A DNA stretch of 64,000 bases, from assembly GCA_965213925.1 (NCBI GenBank), contig OZ243927.1:1152001-1216000 (forward strand), read 5' to 3'. Under the pieces are notes generated by a model. It was not told the origin of the DNA, ran no database searches, and saw nothing but the letters and a program-made list of their open reading frames with translations. This stretch comes from Trueperaceae bacterium. Lineage in GTDB: Bacteria > Deinococcota > Deinococci > Deinococcales > Trueperaceae. Below, piece after piece: positions 1 to 9,873 of this stretch. Every line of letters begins with the position of its first letter. The stretch's first letter is position 1. The position numbers and the translations under genes were made by a program.

Positions 1-39
1 CTACCGCAACCTCCCTTTCGTAACGAGCCAAAGCGACGA

Positions 40-1251
40 GTGATGCGCACGTCTACCGCTAAAAATCCGTTTGGCAATCTGAAGAATCTCTCCGTGCGAA
101 ACCGCCGCCGCGTCCTCGCGCTGCTTCTCCTCATTGCGATGACTTTTGCGCTCGCGGCGGCGCAGGGCTGGCTCGACCGGACGCCGCCCGAAGTGTTCGT
201 CTTACAAGCGGGCGAAGACTTCTCGGCGGCGCAACTTCCGGCGGGGCAACCGCTGGAGCTAACGCTCAGCTCGAGCGAACCCGTCACCTACAAGGTCACG
301 TACGGCGACTTAGAGCTGCAAGAGGTCGGGCAGAACGTGGACTTGGAGTTGCCCGTTGTCGCAGGGGAAGCAACCTTAGAAATCACTGCGACGGACGCGG
401 CGGACAACGTGAGCACCTACAGCTACACCCTGTTCGGCTTGCCCGAGCTGCAACCGCAAGTTCAGATGACGGATTCGGTGATTCCCGGCGACCCTGTAAG
501 CGTGCGCGTCGCTTTGCCGCCGGAGAGCTTAGGCGTCCAAGAGGTCGCCGTGTCGTTTAATGGAGAGCCGCTCCCGGTTTTCTACACCGAAGATGAAGCG
601 GTGGCGCTCACGAGCGTGCCGCTAGGGAGTGAGGCGACGGGGGAAGGGCTCCAGGTCTCCCTCTTGGACCAATACGGACGCACGGTCAGCATTGAGCGTA
701 CCTTAAACGTTCTCAGTGACCCCCGCCCCGTCCAAGAGTTGAGCATCCCGGCGAGCGCCCTCCGCTCGTCCACGCCGGAAAATAGGGAGCTAGAAGCGCA
801 AGCGGTCGCCGCCGCCTTTAGCGCTTCACTAGGCGGCAGTCCCTTGTGGAGCGAACCCTTCTTGCTGCCCATCCAAGGGCGCGGCACGAGCGGCTACGGC
901 ACGCCGCGCCGCTACGCTCCGGGCGGGCGCGTCTCGTACCATCACGGCGCAGACATCGCCGCGCCCACCGGCACACCGATCCTCGCCACGAACGACGCGG
1001 AAGTTCGCATCGCAGACTTTTACCCCATCAAAGGGGGCTTCGTCGTGCTAGACCACGGCGCAGGCGTCTACAGCTTCTACCTGCATCAGTCGAAGATAGA
1101 CGTGTCGGCAGGGGAAGAGGTCGAGCGCGGTCAAAAGATCGGTGAGGTCGGCTCGACGGGGCTCTCGACGGGACCGCATTTGCACTGGGAGATGCGGGTG
1201 AATACAGTTTCGACGGACCCACTCAAGTGGGTGGGCGAGGTGTTCCCGTAG
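40..1251 (+). CDS. M23 family metallopeptidase with N-terminal membrane anchor and Ig-like region
   Basis: C-terminal M23 motifs HHGADIAAP and STGPHLHWE; hydrophobic N-terminal segment. Exact start uncertain. Confidence 0.9.
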   Translation: MMRTSTAKNPFGNLKNLSVRNRRRVLALLLLIAMTFALAAAQGWLDRTPPEVFVLQAGEDFSAAQLPAGQPLELTLSSSEPVTYKVTYGDLELQEVGQNVDLELPVVAGEATLEITATDAADNVSTYSYTLFGLPELQPQVQMTDSVIPGDPVSVRVALPPESLGVQEVAVSFNGEPLPVFYTEDEAVALTSVPLGSEATGEGLQVSLLDQYGRTVSIERTLNVLSDPRPVQELSIPASALRSSTPENRELEAQAVAAAFSASLGGSPLWSEPFLLPIQGRGTSGYGTPRRYAPGGRVSYHHGADIAAPTGTPILATNDAEVRIADFYPIKGGFVVLDHGAGVYSFYLHQSKIDVSAGEEVERGQKIGEVGSTGLSTGPHLHWEMRVNTVSTDPLKWVGEVFP

Positions 1252-1276
1252 AGGTATGATAGGGAGAGGCGCGGCG

Positions 1277-1831
1277 ATGACGGTACGAACGGAGCGCATG
1301 ACCGCTGATGAACTCTCCAACCTCTCCAACGATGGCTACCGCTACGAACTCATCGAAGGGGAGTTAAAACGAACGCCGCCCGCTGGCGAGGAACACGGCT
1401 ACATTGCAGCGGAAATCGCCGCCGAGCTTCGCAACTACGTCAAGGCGAAAGGTTTAGGTCGTGTTTACGCTGCCGAGACGGGTTTCAAGCTGAGCAGTTC
1501 CCCCGATACCGTGCGTGCTCCCGACGTGGCTTTTGTGAGCCGAGCGCGTTTAGACGTTCTGTCACCTGGCAAGGGCTACCGCGCCGATGTACCCGATCTG
1601 GTTGTTGAAGTCATCTCACCCTTTGATCTCTATGCGGAAGTAAGCGCGAAGGTGGCGCAGTGGTTGGAGGCAGGTTGCCGCCGCGTCATCGTGGTCAACC
1701 CGCGAACCCAAGAGGTGTTGGTTCATACCTCTCGAGTGGACATGACAGTTCTGACCATAGACGGTACTTTAGAGGGTGGCGAGGTTGTACCGGGCTGGGC
1801 GCTAGATGTTCGAGCCATTTTTGAGTCATAA
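1277..1831 (+). CDS. Uma2 (DUF820) family endonuclease
   Basis: RYELIEGEL, VRAPDVAFV and PDLVVEVISP motifs. Start placed at ATG 1277 after GGGAGAGG (ORF track starts at 1256). Confidence 0.9.
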   Translation: MTVRTERMTADELSNLSNDGYRYELIEGELKRTPPAGEEHGYIAAEIAAELRNYVKAKGLGRVYAAETGFKLSSSPDTVRAPDVAFVSRARLDVLSPGKGYRADVPDLVVEVISPFDLYAEVSAKVAQWLEAGCRRVIVVNPRTQEVLVHTSRVDMTVLTIDGTLEGGEVVPGWALDVRAIFES

Positions 1832-1857
1832 ATCTTGCGTAGATTTCGGTACAGAGA

Positions 1858-3633
1858 TTATAAGCGGCTCCGCGCCCCATACGGCAAGATACTGATAAAT
1901 TCGCCCTCGGCTAACCGCTCTTGAATCTTTTGCCAGAACTTGGGCTCGAGCAGGTCCCCGTGCGCTTTCGTAAACGCGGGATGCAGGGGTTTGGGAATCC
2001 CTAAAAAGGGCAAGAGCTGCTCGGGAAAGACGTCATCAGGTCCGACGTAGTACCAGGGCTCTGAGGCCATCTCTTGCTCATGCGTTTTCGGCTCCGGTAC
2101 GCGGCGGAAGTTGCAGGTCTCCAAGAGGCAAAGCTCATCGTAGTCGTAGAACACAACGCGACCTAGGCGCGTCACGCCGAAGTTTTTCACGAGCATGTCG
2201 CCGGGGAAGATGTTGCTGTAAGCGAGGTCTTTGATGGCTTGCCCGTATTCGGCGACGGCGGCTTCCGATTCCTCTTGCGTCGCCTCGTCGAAGTAGAGGT
2301 TGAGGGGCGTCACGCGCCGCTCCATGTAGAGGTGCTTGGTGATGACCGCGTGGTTTTTGACCTCGAGCGTCTTCGAGGCTAACTCGGTCAGCGTCTCCAA
2401 AAGCTCCGGGCTGAAGTGACGCTTATCGAACGCCAAATGCTCGAACTCCTGCGCGTCGATGAGCCGCCCCGCCCTGTCGTGGTGAAAGACGAGGTCGTAG
2501 CGCCCTCTGATCTTCTCTCTGCTGGTGTCTTTGGGCGGGTCGAAGCGGTCTCTGATGAGCTTAAAGACGAGGTCGTAGTCCTGCGCGGTAAAGACCGTCA
2601 TGACCATGCCGGGAATCCCAGGCGCGGGCTCGAACGCATGGTCCGTGCTCTCCTCTAAGTGCGCCAAAAGCTCGCGGTACATCTCCGTTTTGCCGTGCTT
2701 ATGGTAGCCGAGCGCGATATAGAGTTCGCTCAGCTTTTTGTGGGGGAGAAGCTCGCGCAAGAACCTGACCAGGTCGAAAGGACGCGGCGCGGCGACGTGA
2801 AAGTACGAGTGCGTGTAGCTGAAGAGTACGCCGACACAGTCCTCGCCGGAGATGAGCGCGTCTATAACGAGTCCGTCCGGCTCGTGGAGGAGGGCGAGCG
2901 CGACGGGAACGCGCCCATTCTCCGTCACGGCGCGTCCCACCAGATAGGCCGCTTTGCCCCGGTAGAAAACCTCAGCGGCGACGTCCAGATGAAGGATGGG
3001 ACCTCCCGCGACCTCTTGCAGACGTTTTGCCACCCGCTCGGCGTCGCGTACGATATCTTGGCAGGCCGCTTCTATCGGCACGTCCCGCAGGATATGCGTC
3101 ACCGCTTTCGCGACGCAGTCCGCCCCTAAATCTTTGCAGGTATGGCGTCTAAACGCCTGCGCCGTCGCGGGCGTCGGGGGTTCGGAGAAGTCGGTGCGGA
3201 CGAACTCGATCTGCTCGTCCACGCCTACCGTGACGAAGATACGCCGCGTTAGCGAGTTGAAGAAGGTCTCGGCGAGTTCCCAGTCGGGAGCGTGAGCGAT
3301 GCGGCTCGAGAACACCGCTTTAAGCCCCATCCAGAGCATCTTGTCGTGCAGCCTCTCCCCGAGTAGCGCCCTGATCTCTTCGACGATAGCCGCTACTGCC
3401 TCCTTGCGCAGGGAGAGTCGGTGCGCCGAGTCGGTGCGCCAGCCCTGCCAGTCGCGCCGCTCGAAACGGCGTTGGGCAAGCGTGGTCACAGCTTCGAATT
3501 TGTCTCGGTAGGTTCGAAACGCTTCGTAGATGCGCTCTGCGCCGACTGCAGCCCGGCGGCTGTCCGTGAGGGCTTCGCAAGGAGGTTTAGGCTCTGAAGC
3601 GGGATGGAGTGGCTCAGTTGTGGGTGCTGCCAT
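1858..3633 (-). CDS. aceK: Isocitrate dehydrogenase kinase/phosphatase
   Basis: ELAETFFNS, KHGKTEMYR, APGIPGMVM and NIFPGDMLVKNFGVTRLGRVVFYDYDE match AceK motifs; 591 aa. Confidence 0.93.
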   Translation of the reverse strand: MAAPTTEPLHPASEPKPPCEALTDSRRAAVGAERIYEAFRTYRDKFEAVTTLAQRRFERRDWQGWRTDSAHRLSLRKEAVAAIVEEIRALLGERLHDKMLWMGLKAVFSSRIAHAPDWELAETFFNSLTRRIFVTVGVDEQIEFVRTDFSEPPTPATAQAFRRHTCKDLGADCVAKAVTHILRDVPIEAACQDIVRDAERVAKRLQEVAGGPILHLDVAAEVFYRGKAAYLVGRAVTENGRVPVALALLHEPDGLVIDALISGEDCVGVLFSYTHSYFHVAAPRPFDLVRFLRELLPHKKLSELYIALGYHKHGKTEMYRELLAHLEESTDHAFEPAPGIPGMVMTVFTAQDYDLVFKLIRDRFDPPKDTSREKIRGRYDLVFHHDRAGRLIDAQEFEHLAFDKRHFSPELLETLTELASKTLEVKNHAVITKHLYMERRVTPLNLYFDEATQEESEAAVAEYGQAIKDLAYSNIFPGDMLVKNFGVTRLGRVVFYDYDELCLLETCNFRRVPEPKTHEQEMASEPWYYVGPDDVFPEQLLPFLGIPKPLHPAFTKAHGDLLEPKFWQKIQERLAEGEFISILPYGARSRL

Positions 3634-3882
3634 GCCTAAGTGTAAGGAATATCTTGCGAATTGTCGGTGGTGTATATCTTGGGCAGATACTCCGAAACAC
3701 AGCAGATATCCTCTAAACGCGAGCCGTTTTCGTGGACGAAGCGGCGTCCAGCACGCGCTAACGGGTAGTCAGTGCTACGCACTTTAACCAAACCTTTTTC
3801 ATTGCTCAGGATAAGGTTATTGAGTAAGCCTTAGCTAACGCCGTATCAAGCCCCTGTTTCACAAAGTCATTCTAACAGAGAC

Positions 3883-4581
3883 TCACAAGGTTTCCCCGCC
3901 TGCGCTCGAGCCCGCCACCCAAACCTCACCTCGGGCGCTCACCTCACGCTTCCACACGGGTAAAAGCTCTTTGATCCGGTCGATGCAGGCGTGCGTCGCC
4001 TCTAACGCAGCGCGGCGGTGCGGTGAGGAGATCACGATGGCGATCGACGCTTCGCTCGGTCTGAGGCGTCCGAGGCGGTGCGAGATGACGATTTTGCCCA
4101 AGTCGAAGCGTTCTCGCAGTTCACTCGCCACCACCTTCATCTGCGTCAAGATCATCGCCTCGTAGCCTTCATAGTCGATGTACTCGACCACTTGACCCAA
4201 GTTAGGCGAGCGCACCGTGCCGACGAAACTCGCCACCGCGCCGAAGGGGTCCGCCACGGCGAGGGCGTGGAGGTGGGCGAGGTCTAAGACGCCTTCGGTG
4301 ACGAAAAGATGATCGGTGAGGCGGTCGGTTTCTGAGTTGACCTCGCCACCCGACACGGGCGGAAAAAACGCGAGCGTGTCGCCCTCTGCGACCTCTTGGT
4401 TGGGCGAGACGTACTGCTCATTGAGGGCGCAGAGCGCGCCTTTGAGGGACAAGTCGGGATAGTCAGCCTGGAGTCTTTCGGCGACTTGGCGGACGGTTAG
4501 AGGTTCGCTTAGCTCGAGCCTAAGCTCCCGCTGACCGACCTGGTCGCGGTAGCTGGCAAAAAGAAGAAGGGTAATGGTCAC
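3883..4581 (-). CDS. moaD-moaE: Fused molybdopterin synthase MoaD-MoaE
   Basis: Ubiquitin-like N-terminus ending FFPPVSGG, then MoaE motifs FVGTVR, HRLGRL, SSPHR and PVWKRE. Confidence 0.92.
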   Translation of the reverse strand: MTITLLLFASYRDQVGQRELRLELSEPLTVRQVAERLQADYPDLSLKGALCALNEQYVSPNQEVAEGDTLAFFPPVSGGEVNSETDRLTDHLFVTEGVLDLAHLHALAVADPFGAVASFVGTVRSPNLGQVVEYIDYEGYEAMILTQMKVVASELRERFDLGKIVISHRLGRLRPSEASIAIVISSPHRRAALEATHACIDRIKELLPVWKREVSARGEVWVAGSSAGGETL

Positions 4582-4613
4582 GTATTTAGTCTATCAAGAG
4601 AAGCCAACGGTCT

Positions 4614-5192
4614 TTAGTGCCAAAAGGTGTTCAAGGACTCTACGATGCTAAAAAAGTGCCGATAGGTCGTCGTGATACCTCTTGGTGTTTCGGGGTTCTT
4701 AACCAACACGTTTAGGTCTGCAATTAAACCTCTCGTTGAGGGAGAATCAACGATAAATTCACGAAAGGTGTAGTAGCCACCTCTTCGAGATCGAAAAACA
4801 TACTGATTCATATCAGTGTATATTCGCGTTACAGGTGCGCTTTCTACTTTGCATCTAGCCTCAATGGTTTCCAAATCTAGGTTTTCTTCTGGAGCGGTGA
4901 GTATGACCTCTTTGAAAGCAGCAATGTAACGCTTCTCCTGCTCGAGATTTTCGCCCTCTTTATACCCAATGTGTAGTTGCCACTCCTCCGCGCAAGCATC
5001 CAGAAGGCGTTTTTGGTCATCATCATTTACATCAACCGTGAAATGCACGTAGATTTCAATAATATGTTCGTCCTCACCTACAGGTTCAACAAACTCTTCT
5101 TGCGAGAATCTAGCGTCTACTTTGAGCACTCTAAAGGCGTCGTTTTCCCAACGTTTCATCTTCATAGCAACAAACCGCCTGTCATTCGTCAT
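4614..5192 (-). CDS. Hypothetical protein, visibly AT-richer than its neighbours
   Basis: 192-aa ORF filling the gap between hrcA and moaD-moaE in the same orientation; no motif recognised. Confidence 0.65.
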   Translation of the reverse strand: MTNDRRFVAMKMKRWENDAFRVLKVDARFSQEEFVEPVGEDEHIIEIYVHFTVDVNDDDQKRLLDACAEEWQLHIGYKEGENLEQEKRYIAAFKEVILTAPEENLDLETIEARCKVESAPVTRIYTDMNQYVFRSRRGGYYTFREFIVDSPSTRGLIADLNVLVKNPETPRGITTTYRHFFSIVESLNTFWH

Positions 5193-5221
5193 AAGAAAGC
5201 AAGTTGTCCAAACAGAATTAC

Positions 5222-6181
5222 TTAATTGAAACTCGCCCGCTGCTCGGCGCTCTTCGCGACCGTCTCCGTCACGCCTTGCGCGATCGCCAGGGTTTCGGGG
5301 TAGCGCATCCGCAAGGGTCCCAAGAGCATCAGCCCGGCTCTGGAGGAGCCCAGCTCGAGCCGCGCCGACACGAGCGCCACGGTCTCCTCTAAAACGAGGC
5401 GCAGCGCCTCGTCGATATCTACTTCGTTATTAGGCTGCTCGACGCGCTCCACGACCACGCGCACGAACTCGGGGTCGGTGGACTCGGGCTCCATCAGGAG
5501 GTTTTTGAGTCCTTGCGAGAAGAGCCGGGGCGGGTTCATCGTGGGCCAGGCGTCCGCAAGCGCGCGAAAGGTGCGCGCGACCTCCTCCTCGGCGCGTCCG
5601 GCAATGTCAGCGAGCGCCACCGGGACCTCTTGCACGGGAACATCCAGGCTGCGCAAGCTGCTCTCGGCTTCGCGCAGTGCGTCGCCGTTCGGTGTTGGCG
5701 CGAGGTCTAGGATGAGCTGGCGGATGAGGCCGTTCTCTAAAACGACCACGGCTAAAAGGCGCGTGCTGGAGAGCGCTGAGAGGTGAATCTCCAGGGTGTG
5801 CAAGTCGTCGTCGGCGGGCAGGCTCACGACCACGGCGTAACCGGAAAGTTCAGCGGTGACGCTGGCGACTCTTTGCAACAGGGTGTCGCCGTGCGCGCCT
5901 TTTAGCCGCATCTTTAAGAGGTCGCGCTGCAACTTAGGCAGGCGCTCGGGCGGCATGAACTTACGCGCGTAGCGCCTGTAGCTTTCGGCGGTGGGGACGC
6001 GCCCCGCCGAGGTATGAGGCTGGACCAAGTAACCCGCCTCCTCGAGCGCCGCAAACTCGCTTCTCACCGTCGCGCTGCTGACCCCGAGCTGCTTAGCGAT
6101 AGGCGCAGACGCCACCGGCTTCGCTGAGGTGATGTAATGCGCCGTGACGAGGTCGAGGATGCGGGCGGTACGCTCATTCAT
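5222..6181 (-). CDS. hrcA: Heat-inducible transcription repressor HrcA
   Basis: VSSATVRSEFAALEEAGYLVQPHTSAGRVPT and C-terminal LLGPLRMRY. Start trimmed to MNERTARIL at 6181, 7 nt after TGcTATACT. Confidence 0.92.
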   Translation of the reverse strand: MNERTARILDLVTAHYITSAKPVASAPIAKQLGVSSATVRSEFAALEEAGYLVQPHTSAGRVPTAESYRRYARKFMPPERLPKLQRDLLKMRLKGAHGDTLLQRVASVTAELSGYAVVVSLPADDDLHTLEIHLSALSSTRLLAVVVLENGLIRQLILDLAPTPNGDALREAESSLRSLDVPVQEVPVALADIAGRAEEEVARTFRALADAWPTMNPPRLFSQGLKNLLMEPESTDPEFVRVVVERVEQPNNEVDIDEALRLVLEETVALVSARLELGSSRAGLMLLGPLRMRYPETLAIAQGVTETVAKSAEQRASFN

Positions 6182-6354
6182 CTTTTGTAGTATAGCATTT
6201 CGTTTCTGCCCAGCGCGGTTTATAGGGACCGCGGAGCGCGGTGCGTGAAGGGTTCTTAGGGCATTTCTCACGCTTGGCAAGAACAGACCCGCGCGCTACT
6301 TGGCGAAGCTTGCTACAATTCCCCAAGACCGTTTGGCTAGGGTTCCGTTTGCTA

Positions 6355-6453
6355 GCAGGTATCAAAGCCTGTCTCCCGTTGGTCGGAGCTGGTCAGGTAC
6401 GCCCTCAGTAATATAGCGCTGTTGGAACGCGCACGCTATAGGATGATATCTGC
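6355..6453. repeat. GCAGGTATC dispersed element, copy A (diverged interior)
   Basis: GCAGGTATCA (6355-6364) and TGATATCTGC (6444-6453) form imperfect terminal inverted repeats; left end matches 22241 and 24285. Confidence 0.55.
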
Positions 6454-6614
6454 GCCATTCAAACTATGTTGGATTGCAAAGGCTGGACCAAGCGCCATGA
6501 AAGTTGTTGCGTGGGGACGAATAGACGCGGCAAAGACCATCCCAAGGATAAAAGCCTCGAGGTAGCGGTTCAAGGAGGATTGTCGTCTCTAAGAACGCTT
6601 CTAGGAGGTTATAG

Positions 6615-7064
6615 ATGAACGGATTTTGGGTTGCACTACTCGTCGCGCTGTGCGGCGGTTTAGCGGTCGGTTTCCAGGGGGTACTCAATAGCCTAGCCGG
6701 AAGGTCGCTGGGCGCGCCGCTCACGGGGCTACTCGTCAACATCGCTGGCGGAACGCTGTCGCTTTTACTGCTGGCACTCTTCTCGAGGACTTTACCCTTC
6801 CAGGCGGTAGACGCTAAAGCCGCCTTTACTGTTGTGTTGGCCGGCGGCATAGGCGTGTTCGTCGTGTTTTCTATCGCGTTCGCGCTGCCGCGCGTCGGCG
6901 TGGCGGCGGGCATCGCGGCGGTCATTTTGGGTCAGTTAGCGCTCTCCGTGCTCGCGGACGCGCTCGGCTGGTCGGGCGCGGTGATTCCGGTGGATTTGCG
7001 CCGCGTCTTGGGCTTGGCGCTGCCCCCCGGCGGGCTGGTGTTTCTCTTGCCGCCGCAAAGCTGA
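6615..7064 (+). CDS. DMT superfamily (DUF606/YdcZ-like) membrane protein
   Basis: About five hydrophobic segments; QGVLNSLAG and LPRVGVAAG..ILGQL pattern; AGGAGG Shine-Dalgarno (SD). Confidence 0.8.
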   Translation: MNGFWVALLVALCGGLAVGFQGVLNSLAGRSLGAPLTGLLVNIAGGTLSLLLLALFSRTLPFQAVDAKAAFTVVLAGGIGVFVVFSIAFALPRVGVAAGIAAVILGQLALSVLADALGWSGAVIPVDLRRVLGLALPPGGLVFLLPPQS

Positions 7065-7120
7065 TGCAAACGTGTAAAAGCTGCGCAAGGGCGAATTCTC
7101 AACGCGGCTCACCTCACTCG

Positions 7121-8209
7121 TTACCGAGCCGGTTGCGCCTCCTCTAGTCGACTTTTCAGAAACGCCAACACCGCCGCCTCTTCAGGCTCGAGCCCACGCA
7201 ACTTTTTGAGCTTCTTCTCCGCGCGTTTTTTGAGAGATTCGCGCAGCGACCCTTCCAGGTAAGCGTCGATAATTTGCGGGTGGACGTACGACTGCCGCGC
7301 GATGGTCGGCGTGTTGCCGAGGTGCTGCGCGACGCGCTCGATCGCCCTTACGACGTTTTTTTTCGCTTGCGTTTCGGAGTCAAAAGCTTCAAACTCCTCT
7401 AGCGCTAACGCCGCCAAAACCGTCCCCGCCCAGGTGCGAAAATCCTTCGCGGTGATCTCTTGCCCGGAGATGCGCTGCAGATACTCGTTGACGTGCGCCG
7501 ACTCGACGTCCACGCGCTCGCCGTCTTCGTCAAAATATTTGAACAGCTCGTAGCCCGGCACGTCCTCGCACTCGCTGATAATAGTGGCGATGCGCTCGTC
7601 CTCCAACTCGATGTGCCAGTCCTTGCCGCCCTTGCCTATAAACTCGAAGGTGACGGTATCGTTTTCGACATCGACATGCTTTTTGCGGATGGTGGTAAGC
7701 CCGTAAGACTCGTTTTCCTGCGCGTACTGCGCGTTGCCCACACGGATGAGGGTGGTCTCGAGCAGTTTCACAACCGTCGCCAAGACCTTATCGCGCCCTA
7801 GCCCCGGCTGCGACATGTCCTTATCCACCCGGTGGCGCAACTTAGGCAGCATCTCGCCGAACGCGACCATGCGGTTATACTTGGTCTCGTCGCGCACTTT
7901 ACGCCACTTGGGGTGATAGATATACTGCTTGCGCCCTTTGTCGTCGCGCCCGGTCGCTAAGATATGTCCTTTAGGCGAGGTGCAAATCCACACATCGGTG
8001 TAGGCGGGCGGGACGGCGAGCGACTTGATGCGCTCTTTCTCCCTCTTATCCGTGACCCTAGACCCATCCGGCTTGAGGTAGGTGAAGCCCTTGCCCCACG
8101 GTTTGCGCGTAATGCCGGGCTCGTCGTCGTGAACGTAGCGGAGCTTGGCGAGTTTAGCTGAGGCTTCGGGGTCACCCTCGAGTAAGAGCGCGTTTTCGGG
8201 TGTGATCAT
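7121..8209 (-). CDS. DNA topoisomerase IB (bacterial/poxvirus type)
   Basis: VPPAYTDVWIC, GRKQYIYHP, IRVGN, GKGGK, TAKDFRTWAGT and LGNTPTIARQSY (catalytic Tyr). Confidence 0.93.
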   Translation of the reverse strand: MITPENALLLEGDPEASAKLAKLRYVHDDEPGITRKPWGKGFTYLKPDGSRVTDKREKERIKSLAVPPAYTDVWICTSPKGHILATGRDDKGRKQYIYHPKWRKVRDETKYNRMVAFGEMLPKLRHRVDKDMSQPGLGRDKVLATVVKLLETTLIRVGNAQYAQENESYGLTTIRKKHVDVENDTVTFEFIGKGGKDWHIELEDERIATIISECEDVPGYELFKYFDEDGERVDVESAHVNEYLQRISGQEITAKDFRTWAGTVLAALALEEFEAFDSETQAKKNVVRAIERVAQHLGNTPTIARQSYVHPQIIDAYLEGSLRESLKKRAEKKLKKLRGLEPEEAAVLAFLKSRLEEAQPAR

Positions 8210-8635
8210 CTAGGTTGAACGTGGGTCGTGGACGCGCTCTGCGCCCGTCTCCTCGAGCACTTCGACGACTCTGCTCACGTCGTTGGTATCCAGCATGACA
8301 AGTTTACCGCCGTGCTGGACGCTGTTGCGGAAGAAGTCGCCCTCTTCGCCCAGGTCGTCCAAGCGCGTGAGCGTCCCCTGCAAGTCAACCGTCATCGGGT
8401 GCGTGCTCCCACCTTGATTCGCCACGCCGCCCGCACCGATTGTTTGATTGCCGCCCAAAAGACCTTCGTTGCTGACCTCTTGGTCCGCGCTGCCGCCCGC
8501 GCCCCCCGCGCCCTCGCCTTCGTTGCCCTCGAACACGTGACTGATGTCGTCGCCCAAGCCCTCTTTTTCCAACACGTCAATCGCTTTATAAAGACCATCT
8601 AAGTCGTCGTAAAGTCCTAAAACTGTCGCCATCAT
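8210..8635 (-). CDS. Hypothetical acidic protein, general-stress-protein-like
   Basis: TVLGLYDD..AIDVLEKEG N-terminus and VQHGGKLVML..VVEVLEETGA C-terminus; its stop abuts the topoisomerase IB ATG. Confidence 0.7.
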   Translation of the reverse strand: MMATVLGLYDDLDGLYKAIDVLEKEGLGDDISHVFEGNEGEGAGGAGGSADQEVSNEGLLGGNQTIGAGGVANQGGSTHPMTVDLQGTLTRLDDLGEEGDFFRNSVQHGGKLVMLDTNDVSRVVEVLEETGAERVHDPRST

Positions 8636-8657
8636 CTACCCCCTACAAAGTAGCGCT

Positions 8658-8685
8658 AAAAAAAGCACGCGCTACAAGGCGTGCT
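8658..8685 (-). terminator. Intrinsic terminator after the PA2169-family gene
   Basis: AGCACGC/GCGTGCT stem (8664-8670/8679-8685) followed by T7 on the minus strand. Confidence 0.7.
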
Positions 8686-8702
8686 CTTTCGTTCGGATAC
8701 TC

Positions 8703-9146
8703 TTAAACCCTTTTGAGCGTGCGGACCTCTTGCAGTGTCTGTTGAATCTTGTCGTGCTGCTGCTGAACCATCGGCGCGAGGTCGCCGGGCAGGTCGCGCT
8801 GTAAGACGTCGTTGTAGTTTTCGATGGCGGTTTCGTCGCCGCGCTCGACCTCTTTTAAGACCTCTTCGTCGCTCTTGCCCGTGATGGCGTCGCGCACGTT
8901 GAGCCAGGTGCGGTGCAACGCTGCTGAGGCGCTGCCGCCCTCTTTCGGCTCGCCACCGTGACGACGCACCTCGCCCTCTAAGTCCGCCCGAAAGCTCGCC
9001 CGCTCTTGAGCGACGCGGTTAAAGATCGTTTGAAATTCGGAGCTGTCGACCTCATCGGCTGCGTCGCGGTAGCCCTTCTCACCGTCGTGTAAGGTGCCGA
9101 TGAGATAATTCAGAGACTCGACTGCTTTATCGTTACTGACTGCCAT
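8703..9146 (-). CDS. PA2169 family (DUF2383) four-helix-bundle protein
   Basis: LIGTLHDGEKGY..AAD, GSASAALHRTW and EVERGDETAIENY motifs. Confidence 0.87.
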   Translation of the reverse strand: MAVSNDKAVESLNYLIGTLHDGEKGYRDAADEVDSSEFQTIFNRVAQERASFRADLEGEVRRHGGEPKEGGSASAALHRTWLNVRDAITGKSDEEVLKEVERGDETAIENYNDVLQRDLPGDLAPMVQQQHDKIQQTLQEVRTLKRV

Positions 9147-9191
9147 AAATTCCTCCTAAGTGTTGCTTGACCTACTGCTTAAACGGTTTGC

Positions 9192-9752
9192 TCAGACAGT
9201 TTGTTCTGCGTGCTTGCCTTCAGCAAACTCCTCGATCATCTTGGCGTTAAAGGCGGGCAAGTCGTCGGGATTACGGCTGGTGACGAGCCCCTGGTCGGTG
9301 ACGACCTCTTGATCCACCCAGTTCGCGCCAGCGTTTTTAAGGTCGGTTTTGATGCTCGGGTAGGAGGTCACTTTGCGGTCCTTGACGACATCTGCCTCGA
9401 CTAAAAGCCAGGGACCGTGGCAAATCGCGGCGACGGGCTTATGTGCCTTGAAAAAGTCTCTCACGAACGAGACCGCTTTCTCTTCGGTGCGGAGCTTGTC
9501 GGGGTTGATCTGCCCGCCCGGTAAGAGGAGCCCGTCGTAGTCGGCAACTTCGGCGTTCTCGAGCTTGACGTCCACACTGAATTCGTCGCCCCAATCGGTG
9601 GACGCCCAGCCTGTCACCTTGCCCTCTTTCGGCGAGACGATGTCAACTTGTGCGCCCGCGTCTTGCAGCGCCTTCATCGGCTCGGTGAGTTCGACCTGTT
9701 CGAAGCCGTCCGTGACGAGCGCGGCGATGCGTTTATTATCTAACTGTGCCAT
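9192..9752 (-). CDS. pfpI: PfpI/DJ-1 family protease/deglycase
   Basis: DGFEQVELTEP, LLLPGG, AAICHGPWLL and TSRNPDDLPAF. Confidence 0.93.
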   Translation of the reverse strand: MAQLDNKRIAALVTDGFEQVELTEPMKALQDAGAQVDIVSPKEGKVTGWASTDWGDEFSVDVKLENAEVADYDGLLLPGGQINPDKLRTEEKAVSFVRDFFKAHKPVAAICHGPWLLVEADVVKDRKVTSYPSIKTDLKNAGANWVDQEVVTDQGLVTSRNPDDLPAFNAKMIEEFAEGKHAEQTV

Positions 9753-9873
9753 ATTTCCCCCTTTGCGAGAAGTAAGTAGAATCCATATGCATGTTCCACC
9801 ATAATCCCACTAAGAGGGTGTAATTAGCGCTTTGAGAACAAAGTTTTGAGGTGTTGACGTGATATTTCGCAAA

